Assembly (NCBI GenBank): GCA_040752415.1
Contig: JBFMGU010000294.1
Location: 1-12,685, forward strand
Length of the DNA stretch: 12,685 bases
Reading direction: 5' to 3'
DNA from: Myxococcota bacterium
Lineage (GTDB): Bacteria; Myxococcota; JACRCW01
Below are positions 7,455 to 12,685 of the stretch, piece after piece. The translations under genes were made by a program, and so were the position numbers. Numbering within the stretch: position 1 is the stretch's first letter; every line of letters starts with the position of its first letter. Below the pieces are notes generated by a model. It ran no database searches. It was not told the origin of the DNA and saw only the letters and a program-made list of their open reading frames with translations.

Positions 7455-8255
7455 GCGTCGTCGGCGCGCCGCACGCAGCAGGAGGAACAGGGCCCACGAC
7501 CCCGTGCCCGACGAGGCCGCGCAGGAGCTGCTTCCCTGGTGGGTGTCCTCGTCGGGAGACCACCCGGAGAAGTTCCCGGCCAGGTCCACCGTGCCAAACC
7601 GCGTCACGGACTCACCCTGCCCACCACAGGCGACCGCGTCGGAAACCTTCACCTCCGTGGTGAGGCCGAGCGCGGCGAAGCCCAGGTGCTCACCCGGGTT
7701 GAACGCCACGGTCTCAGCCTGCGCGCGGTTGAGATCCGCCACGACGAACAGTCCCTTGTGTTCGAGGTCGAAGACCGTTCCCGCCGAACACGTCGAGCAC
7801 GAGTCATCCTGGAGGATGTCGGGAATCGCGTCGGTGTCCTCGGGGTCTGGCTCGTAGCGACGAGAGACAACCGAGGGCGGGGGTGGCGCCTCGTGGTCGC
7901 GGGCGTTCCCGACGCGGAACGTGGAGCTACCTCCGCCCGGGCGCGTCACCACGTAGGTCTCGCCGGGAACCAGGGGCTCGGTGGGGGTGAAGACAACGAT
8001 GGTGACGAGGTTGGAGACGAGCGAGGTGCGGGTCCCGTGAATGGGTCCATGGGGGCCCGACACGGACATCGTGTCCTCTCCGCCCTCTCCCGCACCCACC
8101 CAGATGCGGGTGTTGACGGGGACGTCCGTGGCGTCGGGCGCGGGCGCCATGAACTCCGTGGCGGGGAGTAGGATCAAGCACGCGTGTGCTTCTCTGGCTG
8201 AAACCAGCGAGATGGCGCTCAGGACCCCAAACCCAACGACCCACGCTCGTCGCAT
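7452..8255 (-). CDS. Secreted Ig-like domain protein with MYXO-CTERM-like sorting tail (267 aa)
   Basis: Signal peptide MRRAWVVGFGVLSAISLVSAREAHA. Big_5-like motifs PAPDATDVPVNT and FTPTEPLVPGETYVV, plus VDLAGNFS. The C-terminus SSSCAASSGTGSWALFLLLRAARRRR has Cys, a hydrophobic stretch and an Arg cluster. The ATG overlaps the upstream stop (TGATG) and follows GGAGG. Confidence 0.8.
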   Translation of the reverse strand: MRRAWVVGFGVLSAISLVSAREAHACLILLPATEFMAPAPDATDVPVNTRIWVGAGEGGEDTMSVSGPHGPIHGTRTSLVSNLVTIVVFTPTEPLVPGETYVVTRPGGGSSTFRVGNARDHEAPPPPSVVSRRYEPDPEDTDAIPDILQDDSCSTCSAGTVFDLEHKGLFVVADLNRAQAETVAFNPGEHLGFAALGLTTEVKVSDAVACGGQGESVTRFGTVDLAGNFSGWSPDEDTHQGSSSCAASSGTGSWALFLLLRAARRRR

Positions 8256-9520
8256 CACGGCCTCCACACTCCGCCCACCGGGCCCAGCGTGCTCTGCGTG
8301 AGCGGCCGCATCCCGCCAAACACGACGAGACCCACGCCCGTCCACGCCACGCCGGGGAAGCGTCCCGCCCGGGGGCCGTTGGCGTAGGTCAGCCGCGTCC
8401 ACTGCCGGCTGTTGTAGTCCCAGAACACGCCGCCCCCGCAGTGGCCCGGGTCGCGCCCGCCCACCACCATCAGCCCGTCGCCCGTCCACACCCCGCCGGC
8501 GTACGCACGCGGGACACTGACTCCGTCGACGCCTGTCACCTGCTCCCACGTCATGGCGTTGCTGCCCGGCGTCACCGTCAGGAGCGCACCGTCGTCGATG
8601 TACTGGCGCGCGTCGTCACCCGCTTCCAGGTGCGGCGCGTGTCCGCCGTAGACCATGAAGCGACCACCACCCACCGTCACCATCACCGCGCCTGAGCGCG
8701 CCGGCGGCGCCTGCGGGGAATCGTCGACGGACCAGGGCCCACCCACCTCGATTCCCGCGCCCAGCGGATACACCGCGGCGCGCATGGTGGGACCGCCGGT
8801 GCCCACTCCGCTGATGGCCACCAGCGCCACGTCATTGTGGCTGAGGAAGAGGGGCTCCGCGGCGTACGGCAACGGATCATCCGACGTGGTCAGCGGCGGA
8901 GCCCCACGCAGCCCGCGCCACGCGGGTGGCACCGCGCCCAGGTCCAGCACGTGGGCATCACCGCGCACGCCATCCGCGTCCAGCCCGCCCACCACGAACA
9001 CCCGCGCGCCCACCGCCGTGGCGGCGGCGCGGTAGCGCGGCGGAGGAATCCCCTCGACGGGAAGCGGCGACCACGTCAACGTGGTGACGTCGAGAATCGC
9101 ACCGTCGCCGAGGATCTCCCCGGGCCGCTCCTCCTCCGACGTCACCCGACGCATCCCGCCGAAGATGACGAGGTACCGGCCGGTGAACGCGTGGGCGAAC
9201 TGGGTGCGTGCGGACGGTGCGCCTTCCGTGGGCAGCGCTTCCCAGGTGTCGTCGCGCGGGTTGTAGATGGCGCCGTCGGCCAGCTCCGCGGTGTCGCCAG
9301 CGCCGCCCCAGATGATGACGCGGTCGGTGGTGCGCTCGTAGACGGTGGCGTGGTGGTGGCGGTGGACAGGTGAGCCCTCGCGCGTGGTGGCCGACCAGCT
9401 CCCCAGCCCGTCCCCCGGCGGACACGCGCCGCCCGGCTCGTCGCAGGCGGACGCGAACAGGACGACCGCCACGAGGAGCACGAGCTCGGCCGTTCGCTGC
9501 ATGCTTGCGACGACGCCCAT
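8255..9520 (-). CDS. Kelch-repeat beta-propeller lipoprotein (~421 aa)
   Basis: Lipobox LFASA|C after a hydrophobic stretch. About 7 Kelch-type blades (IIWGG, VIFGG, FVVGG, VAISG, MVYGG, MVVGG, VVFGG), with DGAIY...W and PSAR/PPAR motifs. The ATG at 9520 is preceded by GAAGGGA, and 9502 is an alternative start. Confidence 0.85.
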   Translation of the reverse strand: MGVVASMQRTAELVLLVAVVLFASACDEPGGACPPGDGLGSWSATTREGSPVHRHHHATVYERTTDRVIIWGGAGDTAELADGAIYNPRDDTWEALPTEGAPSARTQFAHAFTGRYLVIFGGMRRVTSEEERPGEILGDGAILDVTTLTWSPLPVEGIPPPRYRAAATAVGARVFVVGGLDADGVRGDAHVLDLGAVPPAWRGLRGAPPLTTSDDPLPYAAEPLFLSHNDVALVAISGVGTGGPTMRAAVYPLGAGIEVGGPWSVDDSPQAPPARSGAVMVTVGGGRFMVYGGHAPHLEAGDDARQYIDDGALLTVTPGSNAMTWEQVTGVDGVSVPRAYAGGVWTGDGLMVVGGRDPGHCGGGVFWDYNSRQWTRLTYANGPRAGRFPGVAWTGVGLVVFGGMRPLTQSTLGPVGGVWRP

Positions 9521-9623
9521 GGTCCCTTCGTGCCCCAGGCACGCTCCCGCTGCAATGAGGGCGTGGCACCTTGCGCGCTGTGGCTCGGCGGGGCAATAGA
9601 GCGCCCCCGGACGGTCACACACC

Positions 9624-11375
9624 ATGTCACAGCTCGTTCAGATGCTCATGCGGGCGGGATTCATGACGGCCCAGCAGGCCCAGGAGGCACGGGCCCACCA
9701 GGTCGTCTACGGAGACCGCATTGGCACCAACATCATCGACCTGGGCCTGGTGGACGAGCTGACCATTGCGCAGGCGCTGGGCGCGCTCCACGGCGTGCCG
9801 TACGCGGCCGGACCCACGGCCGACACGTCGATGACGCTGGCGCGCACGCTGCGCAAGGACGTCGCCGCGCGCATCAACTCCGTGCCCGCCAAGTGGGACG
9901 GCACGTTCATGCACGTGTTCATGACCGACCCGCGCAACCCGCGCCAGGTGCAGGAGCTGGAAGCGGCGCTGCGACGGAATGTGCGCCCGGTGGTGGTGTG
10001 TGAAGCCCGCATGTGGGAGCTGCTGGGCAAGTATTACAACGTCCGTCGTGGCATGCGGGCGTTGAGCCTGGATGGCGACGCCATGGCGCGCGCGAAGCTG
10101 CTCATGAAGCAGGCCATTGCGCCGCAGCCCGCCCCGCCGCCCAAGGAGATCTCGCTGGCCAGCTACACGTCGTCGGTGCCCGCGCCGGCCGCGGCTCCGG
10201 TGGCGGTGGCGCCCGTGATGGCCCGCGCCGCGGTTCCACCTCCCGCGCCCGCCGTGCCCGCGGGCCCCGAGCTCACCGACGAGGACGATTTCTATTCCAT
10301 CTACCAGCAGGGCGGCGGCGGTGGCCTCAGTGCCGTCGAGCGCGCGGTGGCGCAGGGTGAGGCCGCGGCGGCGCGCAAGGCCGGCGGGACCAACCCGTCC
10401 ATGCCCGCGGTTCCTCCTCCGCAGGCGCCGCCTCCGGCACCCGACGTCGACGACGTTCCCGTCCTGGCCACCGGGATCCTGCTCCCGCTCGAGCCGGTGG
10501 AGCGCGAGGCGCCCCAGCCTCCGCCCGTCGCCGCGCCCGTGGCCCGCGCTCCGGTCACAACGCCGCCCGCGCCGGTCGTGGCCGTGGCGCCGCCCGCGCC
10601 CGCACCGCAACCGTCGGGGATGGCCGCGTCGTGGGGCCCCATGCCCACCACGCCTCCGCCCGACGACGCGGTGGAGGTGCTCATCGACGAGGTCTCCAAC
10701 CCGGGCATCAAGATTCCCGCGGAGGCCATCACGCCGCCGGCGCCAGCGCCCGCCGCCCCCGCGGAGTGGCAGACCGCGAGCTGGACGGAGATGGTGGCCC
10801 AGGGCGACCACCCCGAGCCGGAGCCGCCGCACGTCGAGGAAGCGCCGCCGGTGGAGGAGGAGCCCGTTGCTCCCACGGTGCAGCGCGACGAGAGTCCGCT
10901 CACCTTCCAGCAGGCCAAGGAGCTGCTCGCCGGCGTGGAGGACCGCAACGCCATTGGCCTCACCGTGCTGCGCTACGCGCTCACGCGCTTCAAGCGCGCC
11001 ATGCTGTTCACCGTGCAGCGGGAGCTGGCGCTGGGCTGGGATGCGCTGGGAGAGGGCCTCAGCCTCGACGTGGCGCACCGCGTGCTGCTCCCGCTGGCGC
11101 AGCCTTCCGTGTTCCGTCTCGCCGTGGAGAGCAAGGCGCACTTCCTGGGGCCGCTGCCCAAGCAGCAGGTCAACATCCTGTTCCTCAAGCTCATTGGCGG
11201 GAAGGTGCCGCGCAGCGTGTTCCTGATGCCGGTGGTGGTGCGCGGCAAGGTGGTGAACCTCATCTACGGCGACAATGGCCCGGGCAAGGAAGTCGAGACG
11301 GACATTGGTGAGCTGCTGATCCTGGCGCAGCACATCAACCGCTCCTACGAGGCCCTCATCAAGAAGGCGGCGTGA
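9624..11375 (+). CDS. GspE-N/MshEN-domain protein (FrgA-like) with Pro/Ala-rich linker and C-terminal GAF-like domain, no ATPase domain (583 aa)
   Basis: N-terminus HQVVYGDRIGTNIIDLGLVDELTIAQALGALHGVP followed by VFMTDPRN, matching T2SSE_N. A long P/A/E-rich linker follows. The C-terminal domain has LRYA...RAMLF...GW...LPLAQPSVF...LGGKVPR-like...VVNLIYGDNG motifs. There is no Walker A motif. Confidence 0.8.
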   Translation: MSQLVQMLMRAGFMTAQQAQEARAHQVVYGDRIGTNIIDLGLVDELTIAQALGALHGVPYAAGPTADTSMTLARTLRKDVAARINSVPAKWDGTFMHVFMTDPRNPRQVQELEAALRRNVRPVVVCEARMWELLGKYYNVRRGMRALSLDGDAMARAKLLMKQAIAPQPAPPPKEISLASYTSSVPAPAAAPVAVAPVMARAAVPPPAPAVPAGPELTDEDDFYSIYQQGGGGGLSAVERAVAQGEAAAARKAGGTNPSMPAVPPPQAPPPAPDVDDVPVLATGILLPLEPVEREAPQPPPVAAPVARAPVTTPPAPVVAVAPPAPAPQPSGMAASWGPMPTTPPPDDAVEVLIDEVSNPGIKIPAEAITPPAPAPAAPAEWQTASWTEMVAQGDHPEPEPPHVEEAPPVEEEPVAPTVQRDESPLTFQQAKELLAGVEDRNAIGLTVLRYALTRFKRAMLFTVQRELALGWDALGEGLSLDVAHRVLLPLAQPSVFRLAVESKAHFLGPLPKQQVNILFLKLIGGKVPRSVFLMPVVVRGKVVNLIYGDNGPGKEVETDIGELLILAQHINRSYEALIKKAA

Positions 11376-12514
11376 TGGGCGTGCAGTGGCTCGGGAAGGC
11401 GGAGGGGTTGTTCCCCTACCCGGAGCCGCCGCAGGCGCTCATCGACGAGACCCTGGGTCGGCCCGGCGTGTACGCCGCCGCCGACGGGGCGCAGGTGGTG
11501 GCTGCTCGTCACGTGGCATGGAACGCGGCGCTGCTGGACGCGTTCAAGGCGGCGGCCACCCAGCTCCCGGCGCGCCTGTGCGTGGTGCGCAACACCATGA
11601 CCGAGCACACCGCCGCGCTGGGCACCGCCGCGCTCACCGACGACGGCGCCGCGCGGGTCTACGACCTCTTCCTCGTGGACCGGCCGCTCACCGACGTCAC
11701 CGACGAGGAGGCGACGCTCGCGGACCTGCGCCAGCGCGCGCACCCGGTGCGGGTGACCCTGCCCGTCGACGAGATGACGGTGCGCACCCCCGGCTACGGA
11801 GCCGCGCCGTACCGCTTTCCCTTCCCGCTGGCGCGCGCGTGGGTGGCGCACGTGACGCGCTGGCCGCACCTGTTGTGGTTGTTGCAGGGCGCGCCCTACG
11901 CGCTGTGCGGCGGGCAGAACGTGGTGGGCCAGAACGTGCGCATCCACAGCACCGCGCTCGTCGAGGGGAGTGTGCTGGAGGACGGCGTGGAGGTGGAGGC
12001 GCACGCCACGGTGGTGGGGAGCTACATCGGGCGCGGCGCGCGGCTGGCGGATCACAGCGCCATCCACCACAGCGTGATCGGGCCGGGGTGCAGCACGTTG
12101 GCGGACACGTTCCTCCGTCGGGTGGTTGCGCTCCCGGGCAGCACCATCAGCAATCTCGACCTGTGCGAGGTGCTGCTGGGGCGGGGCGTGTTCATCACCG
12201 CGGGCGTCATCTTCTTCACCGGCGCCAAGGGCGTGACGGTGCGCGTGGGCCAGGGCCCCGACGACGAGCAGGACACCGGACGCAGTGAGCTCGGCGGTGC
12301 GGTGGGGCACGCGTGCGTGCTGGGGACGCGGGCCATCTTCGTGCCGGGGCGCGCGCTCCCGGGCGGAACGGTGATCGTGATGCGACACGAGGAGGGCGTG
12401 CTCACCATGCCCACCGGCCTGGCGCCGGGCACGTTGACGGCGTGGGACAACGCCGCGCTGGTGAAGGTGAGCGAGCGCTGGCCGGGCTACCGCGCCCCGG
12501 AAGTGGACGAGTGA
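11375..12514 (+). CDS. Hexapeptide-repeat (left-handed beta-helix) protein, GlmU C-terminal-like putative acyltransferase (379 aa)
   Basis: Hexapeptide run NVVGQNVRIHSTALVEGSVLEDGVEVEAHATVVGSYIGRGARL...SVIGPG. DTGRSELGGAVGHACVLG resembles the TGRxKLGAxIGD motif of archaeal-type GlmU. The start overlaps the upstream stop (TGATG, or GTG at 11372). Confidence 0.78.
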   Translation: MGVQWLGKAEGLFPYPEPPQALIDETLGRPGVYAAADGAQVVAARHVAWNAALLDAFKAAATQLPARLCVVRNTMTEHTAALGTAALTDDGAARVYDLFLVDRPLTDVTDEEATLADLRQRAHPVRVTLPVDEMTVRTPGYGAAPYRFPFPLARAWVAHVTRWPHLLWLLQGAPYALCGGQNVVGQNVRIHSTALVEGSVLEDGVEVEAHATVVGSYIGRGARLADHSAIHHSVIGPGCSTLADTFLRRVVALPGSTISNLDLCEVLLGRGVFITAGVIFFTGAKGVTVRVGQGPDDEQDTGRSELGGAVGHACVLGTRAIFVPGRALPGGTVIVMRHEEGVLTMPTGLAPGTLTAWDNAALVKVSERWPGYRAPEVDE

Positions 12515-12550
12515 GGGCTGCGTCAGAATCAGACGCCCATGAGCAATGAC

Positions 12551-12615
12551 GTCGTGATCGGGCCACGACCTGGAGTGCGGCGGGCCCTCGCCGCTTTGGA
12601 CAAGTGCTCCAAAAA
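12551..12615 (+). terminator. Cluster of three adjacent inverted repeats downstream of the last gene, possible terminator
   Basis: GTCGTG-N7-CACGAC (12551-12569), GCGGCG-N6-CGCCGC plus TTT (12577-12597), and TTTGGA-N7-TCCAAA (12595-12613). Confidence 0.35.
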
Positions 12616-12685
12616 CCGTCCTGGCTGTCGGCCGAGGCGGGTCCCGGGTCCCTTGTCGTCGTTGGCCTGGCTTGGGCGACACCCT

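Noticed and set aside
7785..7802. CSTC in the Ig-like protein as a heme site
   Set aside because: No His follows the motif, so it is not CxxCH.
9624..11375. Calling this gene gspE/pilB ATPase
   Set aside because: Only the N-terminal domain is present, with no Walker A/B motifs and no neighbouring secretion or pilus genes.
12539..12685. Open frame from ATG 12539 to the window end
   Set aside because: It has no RBS, weak codon bias and overlaps the hairpin cluster, so it cannot be supported as a CDS.

Overview
High-GC window that looks myxobacterial (Myxococcota-like), inferred from a MYXO-CTERM-like tail, a GspE-N/FrgA-like protein and DAG/Ser/Pro-rich linkers. It holds nine credible CDSs. 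(1) An OPT-family transporter on the minus strand, truncated by the left edge and missing from the ORF track. (2) A divergent hypothetical protein. (3) A GxSxG esterase. (4) A NarL/LuxR regulator with an atypical receiver domain. (5) An 802-aa lipoprotein fusing a YceI-like barrel to five CxxCH heme c motifs: three homologous mono-heme domains, two recently duplicated, plus a C-terminal di-heme domain. (6-7) A convergent, translationally coupled pair: a Kelch-repeat lipoprotein and an Ig-like protein with a MYXO-CTERM-like tail. (8-9) A coupled pair: a MshEN/GspE-N protein with a long Pro-rich linker and a GlmU-like hexapeptide-repeat protein. I saw no RNA genes, CRISPR arrays or mobile elements. 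The most interesting item is the YceI-pentaheme lipoprotein, a possible tethered quinone/lipid-to-heme electron-transfer protein. All family assignments come from motif recognition by eye, with no database searches.
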